Below are positions 40,143-49,876 of a DNA stretch of 64,000 nucleotides, one piece after another. The notes under the pieces are model-generated. The model was not told the DNA's origin, made no database searches, and saw only the letters and a list, made by a program, of their open reading frames with translations. The stretch comes from an uncultured Chloroflexia bacterium. GTDB lineage: Bacteria; Chloroflexota; Limnocylindria; Limnocylindrales; CSP1-4. Within the stretch, counting starts at the first letter, position 1. Each line of letters opens with the position of its first letter. The position numbers were made by a program, and so were the translations under genes. The DNA lies in contig CAVURB010000010.1 of the NCBI GenBank assembly GCA_963743815.1, positions 134,099-198,098 of the forward strand, given 5' to 3'.

Positions 40143-40483
40143 CTAGCCGAGGCGCCAGAAGTCGTCCGTGAGGCCGAGGCGATCGAGGATCGCCTGGTTC
40201 TGCTCGCGTGTGTGCGGCCGCCAGTCGGGATCGAGGCGGTCCCACCACGAGGCTTCCGCGAGCTCGGCGACCTTCGTCAGCGGGATGCTGGCGCCCGGCT
40301 GGCGGCCGGCGAGCCAGCGGGAGAGGTGTGCTTCCGACCGGAAGACGAGCATCGTCCCTCAGGTGTGACAACGTCACTCCCCTGACCCGTGGCGGCCGCG
40401 ACCTCGTCGACGATCGGCGCGCGTCCCAACTCGGCGAACAGCCGATACGTCGCGTTCCGGACAGCCAGGTCCTCAGGCGTCAT
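40143..40483 (-). pseudogene. Internally deleted paralog of the MerB-like gene (N-terminal 45 aa + C-terminal 71 aa; retains TGA and SECIS-like hairpin)
   Basis: About 90% nt identity to 32152-32385 and 32695-32798; ~310 bp including the NCGWD catalytic region is missing; junction at short gtg microhomology; N and C parts are out of frame. Confidence 0.6.
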
Positions 40484-40609
40484 CGCCGACAAGGGTACGC
40501 CGACGCGATCACGGTCGGACCGGGTTGCGCCGCATCAGGTCATGGCTACCATGGACGTGGCGCGCGCGTTGATGCGAGTCGGCCTGCGGGTCGAAGCGGG
40601 AGGGCGACG

Positions 40610-41370
40610 ATGCGGCGGTTCCTGGTGATCCTGGCGATCTTGGCGATGGTGCTTGTCGGCTGTAGCGGGGCGGCTGGCTCGGCGGCGCCGACGGACGGAC
40701 CGACGACGGGGTCCAGCGCCCCATCGGAGGCGGCGTCCCAGGCTCCTGGCGGGTCCCCTTCCTCGTCGACCGATGCGTCGGCGGCCGCCTCCGAGCCCCC
40801 GGCCGCGTCCGAGGCCACCGGGATCCCGGCGGCGTGTGCCGAAGGTTTCGCGGAGTATCTCGTCGCGATCGAACCGCTCGTCTCGGGGTTCGATCCAGCG
40901 ACCGGGACCCTGGCTGACCTCTTCAGCGCGAAGGAGGCCGCCCGATCGAAGTCGATGGAGCTTCTGACCGCCAACGACTCGCGGGCACCGTACAGCTGCT
41001 CGGAAGTCGGCCTCGAGTGGGCGTACTTCGATTCGGACACGCCGTGGGATGCCGTCCTGGCGATCGCCGCCGACGACGGCCCCGGGCACGGTGGCCTATC
41101 TGACGGGGCTGCGGGCCACGTCGGCGTTCGACGTGAACGCGATGAGCGTCTACGGGATCGAGGGGTGTGACGACGCCGTCGCCGAGCATCAAGGAGCGCG
41201 TGGCCGCCGAGATGGGCGACGGCCTGACCAGGGTCGACGAGATGCCCTTCGACGAGGCCGTCGCGCTGGTGGGCCTCTACCGGGCCTACATGCGCGAGGT
41301 CCGGAACGAGGTCTGCCCGCGCGACGAGCTGGGCAACGACGAGTTCGGCTTCATGGCCTCCGCCGGTTGA
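40610..41370 (+). CDS. Lipoprotein, hypothetical (apparent frameshifts)
   Basis: MRRFLVILAILAMVLVGCSG lipobox, Ser/Ala/Pro-rich linker; C-terminus in another frame ending at 41370. Confidence 0.5.
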
Positions 41371-41372
41371 GG

Positions 41373-42771
41373 CTACGCGGTCGGCGGCTCCACGTTGTGG
41401 TTCAGGTGGAAGACGTTGGTCGGGTCCCACGTGCGCTTCAGGGCGCGGAGACGTTCGAGCTTCGCGTCACCGTAGCTGGCGCGGGTCACGTCCGGCCCGG
41501 CATCCGACAGCTCGTTGATGTACCGGCCCGGAAGGAGGTCCGGCTCGACGATCGCCATCGCCCGCCGTACCCAGTCCAGGTTCGCCTGATCGAGCGCCGG
41601 ATCGGACCAGGCGGTGTCGGGGCTCACATCGAACGGCGCGGTCGCGCCCGGTGAAGGCCGTCGCGTCGTCCGCGACGCGCCCGATCGCGCCGCCCATCGC
41701 CGTCACCGAGATGCTGCTGTCGCCCGGGACGTGCTCCACGTGCTCGACGAACGCATCGAGGACCGCGGGCGAACAGTCGGCGATGTAGCCGCCGAGGATG
41801 GCGGTCCGCGAACCCCACGCGAGTTCGAGGTCGCTCGACCGCTGCGCGTCGAGGTACGGCTCGCTCGTGGCGGTCGCCGAGGCCGGCTTCGGGTCCATGG
41901 TGGAGCGGAGCGAGATCTCGCTCGACGTCCTCCCCTGCCCCACTGTGGTTGTACGAGATGACGACGATCGGCCGGCCGGCGACCGATTCCGGATAGTCCG
42001 CGGCCGGCTCGGCGAGCGCGACGGTGAAGATGGCGGCGATCGTCTCGGGCGCCGTCGCCACGAACTCGCGAAAGATCGGCCAGAGCTCGTGGATGTCGGT
42101 CGCGGGGTGGATCCGGACGCCCCGGTGGAGCGTCCCCGGAGAACGGATGCAGCTCCAGCTCCAGGCTCGTCACGATGCCGAAGTTGGCACCGGCGCCGCG
42201 GAGTCCCCAGAACAGCTCCGGCTCGTGCTCGACATCTGCTCGCACCGTGCGCCCGTCGGCGGTCACGAGCTCGACTGCGCGAAGGCTGTCGATCGTCAGG
42301 CCGAACCGGCGCTGCAGCCGTCCGACGCCGCCGCCGAGCGTCAGCCCGGCGACGCCCGTGTGACCGACGACCCCGACCGGGCAGACGAGGCCGTGCTCCT
42401 GGGCCGCGATGTCGAGTGTGCCGAGGAGTGCTCCGCCACCGGTCCGCGCCAGCCGCGCGCGTCGGGTCGACGGTCACCTCGTTCATCCGCCCGAGGTCGA
42501 TGACGAGACCACCGTCGGTCGTCGAATGCCCGACCGCGCTGTGGCCGCCGCCGCGCACGGCGATCTCGAGCTCGCGCTCACGGCCGAAGCGGATGGCGGC
42601 CGCAACGTCGTCGACGCTCGACGGCCGGACGATCAGCGCCGGCCGACGGTCGAACACCGCGTTCCAGACGCGTCGAGCGTCGTCGTACGTGGCGTTCTCG
42701 GGCGCGATGACGTCGCCGGCGAAGTGGCGCCGGAAGGCGTCGAGCTGGGCGAGCGTCGGGGCGGTGGTCAC
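41373..42771 (-). CDS. FAD-linked oxidase (BBE/VAO family), multiple apparent frameshifts
   Basis: FAD-binding PCMH domain (…[10 protein letters not shown]…), C-terminal BBE domain (…[14 protein letters not shown]…); pieces in three frames. Confidence 0.65.
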
Positions 42772-42791
42772 GCTCGCACCCTACCGCCTCC

Positions 42792-43025
42792 TTATTCGTC
42801 GCGGGACGCGGACAAGGCATCGAGTGCTTGTGGGTCCAGGGCGTCGGCAGGCACGCTCGCCACGCGTGCAGCCGAACGCGCCACGAGGGTGGCGGTCCGC
42901 CGCCCATCGGTAAGCCCGGCGCGTTCGCCGACGACGGAACCCGGCCCGATCTCGACCACGGGCTCGCCATCGACCTGGATCCATGAGACGGAGGTGACCC
43001 ACGACTCGAATCGCTGACGTGCCAT
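42792..43025 (-). pseudogene. Internally deleted paralog of the cNMP-binding protein (N-terminal ~17 aa fused in frame to the C-terminal cNMP cassette)
   Basis: MARQRFESWVTSVSWI | QVDGEPVVEIGPGSVVGERAG…RTATLVA… matches both ends of 37460..38473 with the middle ~250 aa absent. Confidence 0.5.
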
Positions 43026-43031
43026 GGATCT

Positions 43032-43433
43032 CTACCTCGTGATCTCGCGTTCGATGTGGTTGACATGCTGAGCCTCGTGGTCGGCCAGCCGGTCGATGTA
43101 ATGCCGCGCGGACCGCTCCTCGACGCCGCGCGCGGGGATGTTCACGGCCGCGGTACGCGTGAAGTCTGCGGCATCGGTCGCGCGAAGATGCGCCATCAGG
43201 CGCGCTCGATCCCTTGTGAACGCCGCCAGCGATTCGCCGAACGGTTGCTCGAGGAAATCTGTTCGATGGATCGTGGAGCGCGGGCTCTGCGCGCGGAACG
43301 ACGGGTGCTCCTCGTCGAGGATCCGCTCGATGTAGCCGCCCCACGTCAGATCACAGGCGCGGATGTGACCCAGGATGTCACGCGCGGACCAGCCACCGTC
43401 CTCCAGTGGCTGGTGCAGAAGGTTCGCCGACAC
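43032..43433 (-). CDS. DinB/YfiT-like (DinB_2) metal-dependent hydrolase family protein
   Basis: 133 aa, His-rich DinB_2 motifs (…ILGHIRACD…HEAQH…). Confidence 0.6.
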   Translation of the reverse strand: MSANLLHQPLEDGGWSARDILGHIRACDLTWGGYIERILDEEHPSFRAQSPRSTIHRTDFLEQPFGESLAAFTRDRARLMAHLRATDAADFTRTAAVNIPARGVEERSARHYIDRLADHEAQHVNHIEREITR

Positions 43434-43526
43434 CCCACCCGTCGCGGCCGCGATCCGCGCGGGCCCACGTTCGAGGAGCGCGAGGGCCTCGTCGACCGCA
43501 AATCGCGGTTTGGGCTCGCTGATGGC

Positions 43527-43976
43527 TTACGCCTCTGAGCCGGGGCCCATCGCGACCGTCCCATCGGAGAGGACCGGCGTGATGAGACCGAACACGTTGC
43601 CGTCGGGGTCGATCAGGTAGCCGCCCCGGCCGATGCCGGGATAGTCGGTCGCCGGCAGCGCCTCGACGGCGCCGAGCTCGATACCGCGGGCCATCAGCCC
43701 ATCGACCTCCTCGACGCCGACCACGAAGTTGCAGCCGTTGATCGGCGCTCCCACCTCCGGGCGCGGTCCGCCGCGCTGCGTCAGGCCGCCATTGATGCCG
43801 AGACCCGCCTTCGCCTCGACGTTTCCGATCGCGCCCTCGCCGGTATCGATGATCCAGTACGGCTGCTCGCCGCCGCCGATGTCCTGGAACGTCCAGCCGA
43901 GCAGCTCGGAGTAGAAGTCGATGAGCCGTTGCGGCTCCGATGCATGGATCTCGAAATGGACGACGAGGTTGGCCAT
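43527..43976 (-). CDS. VOC family protein (glyoxalase-like)
   Basis: Start at MANLVVHFEIHASEPQRLIDFY…; VOC fold. Confidence 0.65.
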   Translation of the reverse strand: MANLVVHFEIHASEPQRLIDFYSELLGWTFQDIGGGEQPYWIIDTGEGAIGNVEAKAGLGINGGLTQRGGPRPEVGAPINGCNFVVGVEEVDGLMARGIELGAVEALPATDYPGIGRGGYLIDPDGNVFGLITPVLSDGTVAMGPGSEA

Positions 43977-44127
43977 GGCGGTCTCCTTGGGCTCGAGGTG
44001 GGGGCCACGCGTAGTATCGCGGCTCGTCGCCCCGCAGGATCGCCAGCTGGTCACCTCGTCTGCCGTGTGCCTTCCCCGGGAGTTTGGCACTCTGCTGGAT
44101 ACCACCTGACGCACGAGGAGACGAGTC

Positions 44128-44763
44128 GTGGGCCATCCCGATCCTGGCGCTCTACATCCGATGCCCGGCCAGCCGAGCGTGATGTTCATCCGAAACCTTC
44201 CCGGCCTCCCCGCAACGGTCGAAATCGGCGAGTTCACCTACTACGACGACCCGGGCGGGCCCGATGCGTTCTTGCGCAACGTCCTGTACCACTTCGACTT
44301 CCGTGGCGATCGGCTGCGCATCGGTCGGTACTGCGCGATCGCCACGGGTGTCCAGTTCGTCATGAACGGCGGCAATCACCGGACGGCGGGAATCTCCACG
44401 TTCCCGTTCCCGATCTTCGAGGCCTGGCGCGGGATGTGGCCCGGCGAGTTCGACTTTCCGACCAACGGCGACACGATCATCGGCAACGACGTATGGATCG
44501 GCCGGGACGCGCTGGTCATGCCGGGCGTGACCGTGGGCGATGGCGCGATCATCGCGACCCGCGCTGTCGTCACGCGGGATGTGCCGGCGTACGCCATCGT
44601 CGGTGGCAACCCGGCGCAGGTCATCCGGATGCGATTCGATCCCGCCACGGTGGTTCGCCTTCTGCGCATCGCGTGGTGGGATTGGCCACCCGACCGCGTC
44701 ACGGCCGCGATCGCCTTGATCAGCCAGGCGGATGTCGACGCCCTCGAGACCTTCGCGGGCTAG
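44128..44763 (+). CDS. Xenobiotic acyltransferase (XAT) hexapeptide-repeat family, Vat/CatB-like (streptogramin A / chloramphenicol acetyltransferase-like)
   Basis: …NVLYHFDF…[31 protein letters not shown]…[45 protein letters not shown]… matches the Vat family closely. Confidence 0.75.
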   Translation: MGHPDPGALHPMPGQPSVMFIRNLPGLPATVEIGEFTYYDDPGGPDAFLRNVLYHFDFRGDRLRIGRYCAIATGVQFVMNGGNHRTAGISTFPFPIFEAWRGMWPGEFDFPTNGDTIIGNDVWIGRDALVMPGVTVGDGAIIATRAVVTRDVPAYAIVGGNPAQVIRMRFDPATVVRLLRIAWWDWPPDRVTAAIALISQADVDALETFAG

Positions 44764-44987
44764 GGGCTCAGCCGCGCCCGGTCTGGGTCGTGCCGGCGTC
44801 AACGTGGGCGAGGATGCCGAGGTTGAGCGTGCGCATGGGACCTCATGTCGTTCGCCCATTTCCTGCGTGCTGCGGCGTGCGACGGCAGGACTACGGTCGC
44901 GGGCCCGTCAAGGCCGAACGCAAAGGACCCCGGCCCACCTGCTGGCGGGCCGGGGTCGCGCCCCCGTGCGATCTTGGTTGGGGGTCA

Positions 44988-46310
44988 GTGGTTGCGTTCG
45001 AAGTAGTGCTTCGACACCCAGCGGGCGACCTTCGCACCGAGCCAGGCGCCCTGGACGTCGGCTCGTCGGAAGTGGATGCCGACGAAGACGCGACCGTCGA
45101 TCGCGTCGTCGATGAAGCCAGCTGAAGCGGGTGTAGTGACGGGTGACCGGCACCGCCCCGACGCTCGTCAGGGAGAACCTCATCTTGTTCGTCCCGAAGA
45201 ACGCGCGCGCGGCGTTCATCGAGCTGGCCGCGACACAGTTGTAGCCGGAAGGCGGATCCGGGTAACCCGGGTTCGCGATCAGCGACTCCCACGTGGGATC
45301 GGCGACGGTGGCCGGGTTCCCATCAAAGTCCGCCTGCTGGATCGCCGTCTGTGGGCGCCAGAAGAGCCAGTGGTCCTTGTTCTCGCAAGCACGCGATCCC
45401 GGCATCCGCGGTCGACATGCTGGTCATCACGAACAGACGAGCCTGCTGGCTGGTCGACAGATGACGCTTGGCGGCGATCTCCCGCAGCCCGCGGTTGATC
45501 ATGGGGAAGGGGTTGGCCGAGACGAAGGTCGCGATCTCGGCTTGCTCCGGGGTCCGGATCGAGGTCTTCCCGCCGATCGTCTTGACTTCGTTGAACTCCC
45601 TGGCGTATGCGGCGCTGGTAAGCGGATACGGTGCCCCGATTCGGTACTGATCCGGCACTCCGCAGGGTGAACGGCTTGACGAGGCTCACCCACGCGAAGG
45701 AGTTGGCGTTGCGCGGCGGCACGAGGCGCCACTCGCCCGGGTCGGTCCCCGGTGCGGGAAGGTGCTAGGTGCCGAACCGGCCGTCACCCACGCGTGCGGC
45801 GAGCATCGCCGCCGCGGCCTCCGCCCCGACCTTGATCCCCCGCTCCTTGGCTTTCCCGTCGCGGATCTTCGCGAGCGAGATGTCGTACAGGTTCAGCAGG
45901 CTGGTCTTGACCGGCGCCATGTCCGGCGTCGCAGGGGTGAGTCCGTCGAGGACTCCGTACGCGGCAGCCGCGACCGCGGCCGCCTGGGAGGCCGACCGCT
46001 TCGCACGGAGTCCGCCCAGGTACGGCTCATGCGTCTTGACGATCGCCATCACGGCGTCGTAGATCGCGCCGTGGACCATCGCGAGATGGATCGGCGAAAG
46101 CGGAGGTGGCTGACCGAGGCCGGGTGGCGTCCCGGTCAAGGGGTTGGTGATCGTATTGACGGCGTTGAGGTTCCACTCGAGGACCATGTCCTTGGGTTCG
46201 TGACCGGCCATCGACGAGGCCGGGATCAGCATCGAAACGACGATCAGCGCGATCGCCATCGGCATCGACAGCCAGCGCCTGATCGTTGAACGCTGCCGGA
46301 ATGGACTCAT
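44988..46310 (-). CDS. Secreted (Tat-like signal) PAP2-superfamily / vanadium-haloperoxidase-like protein (apparent frameshifts)
   Basis: TIRRWLSMPMAIALIV signal; PSGY and R-x5-H-x3/4-D PAP2-like motifs in the C-terminal frames; reconstructed from three frames. Confidence 0.5.
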
Positions 46311-46408
46311 GACGGATCTCCTCGTATCGATCGTTCACCGTCGGCGCAGAGCGCCGCGGACGCCGAGCAGGCGGGTCCGGGCCTCAGGCGCTGCCGGAGA
46401 TCCGTCAT
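46311..46408 (-). promoter_or_regulatory. Long-range inverted repeat in the 5' leader; 3' arm covers the SD and start codon of the PAP2-like gene
   Basis: Perfect 13-bp arms ATGACGGATCTCC (46311-46323) and GGAGATCCGTCAT (46396-46408); in the minus-strand mRNA the downstream arm contains GAGGAG-N-AUG. Confidence 0.4.
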
Positions 46409-46695
46409 CGCGTCCCTCCCTTCGGGTGTGGACACCGGCGACCCAGCTCCGGGGTCGGATCCGCGCCCGCGTCCGTCGCTGGGCGCGCTGGTCCCTCGGT
46501 GGTGCGATCCCTCTGAGCAGTAAGGGCGTTCGAGCACCCGATTCGGTTCAATCTTCGTGAGCCGGCGTCTGTCGCACCTGTGCCCCATGCAAGCAAGATG
46601 CCGTCCGGAGGGTCAAGGTTGGCGGCGACACCGTCGAACCGGGTAACCGGTCCTCCAAGGGCAGAGGCGTACGATGGCCGCGCTCGAGGAGTGCA

Positions 46696-47289
46696 ATGGA
46701 CCTGCAGGCTCCGACAAGGCGGTCCGCACGCGAGGCTGATGACGCGCTCGTCCGACGCGCCGCGGCCGGGGAGATGGCTGCGTTCGACGCCCTCGTCCTA
46801 CCCCGCAGACAACGGTGCCACCGGATCGCCCGATCGATCCTCGCCAACGAGGCTGACGCCGCCGATGCAACCCAGGACGCGTTGCTGGCCGCCTGGCGCA
46901 AGCTTCCACGGCTGCGCGACACGGGAGCGTTCGACGGCTGGTTGACACGGATCGTTGCCAATACTTCGCTCATGGCTCGTCGCCACCGGAAACGACTCCG
47001 CGAGGTCTCTGTCTCGCCGGAGATGTCCCATCCCGAGGAAGCATCGACCTGGGAGCTGGCATCCGTTGCTGGGCAGGACGAGAGCGACGCATGCGTGGAG
47101 CGCGACGCGATGGGCCGCGCGTTCGATCGCCTCTCGCCGGCCGACCGGGCGATCCTCGTGCTGCACCACGTCCATCAACGGCCCGTAACGGAGGTCGCCA
47201 AGAGGCTCCATGTCCCGGTCGGGACCGCAAAGTGGCGGCTCCACGCTGCGCGGAAAGCGCTTGAGCGGGCGATGAAGGCCGAGTCCTGA
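46696..47289 (+). CDS. ECF-type RNA polymerase sigma factor
   Basis: Region 2 (ADATQDALLAAWR…FDGWLTRIV) and region 4 (RAILVLHHVHQRPVTEVAKRLHVPVGTAKWRL). Confidence 0.85.
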   Translation: MDLQAPTRRSAREADDALVRRAAAGEMAAFDALVLPRRQRCHRIARSILANEADAADATQDALLAAWRKLPRLRDTGAFDGWLTRIVANTSLMARRHRKRLREVSVSPEMSHPEEASTWELASVAGQDESDACVERDAMGRAFDRLSPADRAILVLHHVHQRPVTEVAKRLHVPVGTAKWRLHAARKALERAMKAES

Positions 47290-47307
47290 TTCGCGGTTCC
47301 CGACGGA

Positions 47308-48138
47308 CTAGGCTGACAGGGGCTGCGTCTCGGGCTCGTGTTCCCCGGCGAGGAATGCGCAGCCGTCGGTGGCGAACGCGGCCCCGGGTCCCATGTGGCC
47401 GGCGTCGGCGTACTCGATGTGGCGCACATTCGGGAGGCCGGCGACGAATTCGCGCACGACATCGGGCGGATAGGCGGTGTCGCGCCCGCCACTGACGACG
47501 AGGGTGGGGCAGCGGATGGCGGCCAGCTCGTCGGTCGCGTCGAAGGCGTCGTCACTGTCCGCGTCGATCCGGAGAACGCGCAGATCCTCGTATCGACCGC
47601 CGATGTACGGGCCGAAGAGCCAGGTGATCGCGCTGCCCAGTCGCGGGAACCTGGGCAGGAACCACGGGCCGAACTCCGCCCAGCCAGAGCGCCAGCGGCC
47701 AGCGAGAAAGTGGTCCACCGCGCGACGCTGCCGCGCCCGCACATCGTCAGTGATGCGATGGGCGGTGAACCCGAAGATGACGCGCTCGACGAGCTCGGGA
47801 TGGCGGCTTGCCAGGAACTGTGCGTAGCCGCCACCGGTGGAGATGCCCATCACGGCGACCGCTCTCCCCCACTGCTCGCGGATGACCGCGGCGTAGTCGT
47901 CCGCAACGTCAGCAGCTGAACTGCCTGGCGCCAGGTCTGCGCGGCGGCCGACCTGGACGATGCTGAGGTCGTGCTGCTCGATCGGTCCGAGCCAGGCCTT
48001 CCATGCGCGCGCCGTCGCTTTGGTCGTGGGGACGTCGGCGGTGAACGACAGCCCGGGGATGTAGAGCACGACGCGCGAACCCGCGCCGGCGCGCGCGAAC
48101 GGGTGGCCCGAGGCCAGCCTTCCGGTCTCGATCGCGAC
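47308..48138 (-). CDS. Alpha/beta hydrolase
   Basis: GISTGG nucleophile elbow, C-terminal His motif; start approximate. Confidence 0.65.
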   Translation of the reverse strand, partial: VAIETGRLASGHPFARAGAGSRVVLYIPGLSFTADVPTTKATARAWKAWLGPIEQHDLSIVQVGRRADLAPGSSAADVADDYAAVIREQWGRAVAVMGISTGGGYAQFLASRHPELVERVIFGFTAHRITDDVRARQRRAVDHFLAGRWRSGWAEFGPWFLPRFPRLGSAITWLFGPYIGGRYEDLRVLRIDADSDDAFDATDELAAIRCPTLVVSGGRDTAYPPDVVREFVAGLPNVRHIEYADAGHMGPGAAFATDGCAFLAGEHEPETQPLSA

Positions 48139-48213
48139 GTCAGGCACGGCGTGGACGCACGGCGGGGTACCGCATCGCCGCAGAGTGTACGGCGCCGCGG
48201 TACGCTCGGACCG

Positions 48214-48996
48214 ATGGATCGTCCCCGAACTCGGTCGACTGGACGCTCTCGCCGGCTGCTGCTCGTGGTCATCGGACTCGTGGCCGTGGCGGTCGCCGGC
48301 CTCGTCGTGGCCTCGAATCTGGCTGCGCCCTCGCAGGTGCTCTCCGGCGATCCGCCGGTCCTCGCCGGCCGGCAACTCTGGGGGTCCTGCGCCGCGGGGT
48401 TCTATGCGCGCCGCGGCGACACGGTCGTCCTCACGTCGTCCGCGCATTGCGCCGGAGAGGGCGCGACGGCCTACGACCCGGACAGCCGCGGCGTGCGGGG
48501 CGTGTTCGGCCCGGGTGCCGTCCTCGAGCCGTGCCCGCACGCCGGCCACACGTGCCGACCCTCGGACATGAACTACCTGGTCGTGGCCTCCGATCGCATC
48601 CCCTGGGGCCGCCTCAACATGATCGACATGGGCGAGGGCGGCCTCCGCGTCATCGGACCGGGCACGGCGCCCCTGACCTGCTCGGACATCACGATCGGCG
48701 ATCCCGTCGAGATCAACGGGCGCGACAGCTACCGCGAAGGCCGCGTCGCGGAGATCGGCGAGTACCTTCACGAGCCCACCGCCGACGGCGACTACTTCCC
48801 GTGCATGGCCATCGCGCCGGACGTCGGGGTCGGGGTCGGCGATTCGGGTGGTGCTGTGCTCGTGCGCGGTCTGCCGGCCGGGGTCACGAGCCGGAGCTTC
48901 GGTGGCAGCCTCGGATTCACGCCGCTCGCCGAGGGCCTCGCCGCGCTCGATCTGGAGCTATGCACCTCCCCGGACTGCGGTCTGGCGGCACCGTAG
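48214..48996 (+). CDS. Membrane-anchored trypsin-like serine protease (S1 family)
   Basis: TSSAHCAG (His), GDSGGAV (Ser) catalytic motifs; N-terminal TM anchor. Confidence 0.75.
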   Translation: MDRPRTRSTGRSRRLLLVVIGLVAVAVAGLVVASNLAAPSQVLSGDPPVLAGRQLWGSCAAGFYARRGDTVVLTSSAHCAGEGATAYDPDSRGVRGVFGPGAVLEPCPHAGHTCRPSDMNYLVVASDRIPWGRLNMIDMGEGGLRVIGPGTAPLTCSDITIGDPVEINGRDSYREGRVAEIGEYLHEPTADGDYFPCMAIAPDVGVGVGDSGGAVLVRGLPAGVTSRSFGGSLGFTPLAEGLAALDLELCTSPDCGLAAP

Positions 48997-49031
48997 TCGG
49001 CGATGGCTTGACAGGGCCGTGATACAACCGT

Positions 49032-49379
49032 ATGGTTGTATCAATGCAGCCCACGTACGACGTCGATCATGTCTTCGCCGCCCTCGCCGATGCGACGCGG
49101 CGCGACATCGTCCTGCGCGCCCTGGATGGTCGCGAAGGCGTCGCCGAACTGGCCGCGCACTACCCCATGAGCTTCGCGGCCGTGCAGAAGCACGTCGCGG
49201 TGCTCGAGCGCGCCGGCCTGGTGACGAAGCAACAGATCGGCCGCCGCAAGGTCGTGCGCACGAACATGGAGGCGTTGCGACACGCCCGTGGGCTGCTCGA
49301 CCAGTACGAGGCGCTGTGGCGCGGTCGCATCGATCGCATGACGGACCTCATCAGCCGCACGAAGGAGCTACGCACGTGA
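49032..49379 (+). CDS. ArsR/SmtB family transcriptional regulator
   Basis: winged HTH (…LADATRRDIVLRAL…VAELAAHYPMSFAAVQKHVAVLERAGLV…). Confidence 0.8.
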   Translation: MVVSMQPTYDVDHVFAALADATRRDIVLRALDGREGVAELAAHYPMSFAAVQKHVAVLERAGLVTKQQIGRRKVVRTNMEALRHARGLLDQYEALWRGRIDRMTDLISRTKELRT

Positions 49380-49876
49380 CCGTGACTGCCGTCCAGAAGG
49401 ACCCCGAGAAGCTGACCATGACCATCGCCGCGGAGTTCGACGCCACACCGGAGCGCGTCTGGGAGCTGTGGGCCGATCCGCGCCAGCTCGAGCGCTGGTG
49501 GGGCCCGCCCACCTACCCGGCCACCTTCACCGCCCACGACCTGGCTCCGGGCAGTCGTATCGAGTACTACATGACCGGCCCGACCGGCGACCAGCCGCAC
49601 GGGTTCTGGGACGTCGTCGAGGCGGATCCTCCTCGCCGGCTGGTCTTCATCGATGGCTTCGCCAACGAGGACGGCACACCGAACGACGACCTCCCGCGCG
49701 GCGAGGCCCGCGTCACGATCGAGGTGATCGGTGCCGGCCGGACGCGAATGTCCATCGAGAGCCAGTTCCCGAGCACCGAGGCGATGGAGCAGGTCCTGGC
49801 CATGGGCATGGAAGAAGGTCTCAAGCAGGCCGTCGGCCAGATCGACGCCATCCTGGCCGAAGGAGTCCCCGCATGA
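49376..49876 (+). CDS. SRPBCC / Aha1-domain (activator of Hsp90 ATPase-like) protein
   Basis: GTG start overlapping arsR stop (GTGA); …PERVWELWADPRQLERWWGP… typical of the AHSA1 domain. Confidence 0.7.
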   Translation: MTVTAVQKDPEKLTMTIAAEFDATPERVWELWADPRQLERWWGPPTYPATFTAHDLAPGSRIEYYMTGPTGDQPHGFWDVVEADPPRRLVFIDGFANEDGTPNDDLPRGEARVTIEVIGAGRTRMSIESQFPSTEAMEQVLAMGMEEGLKQAVGQIDAILAEGVPA

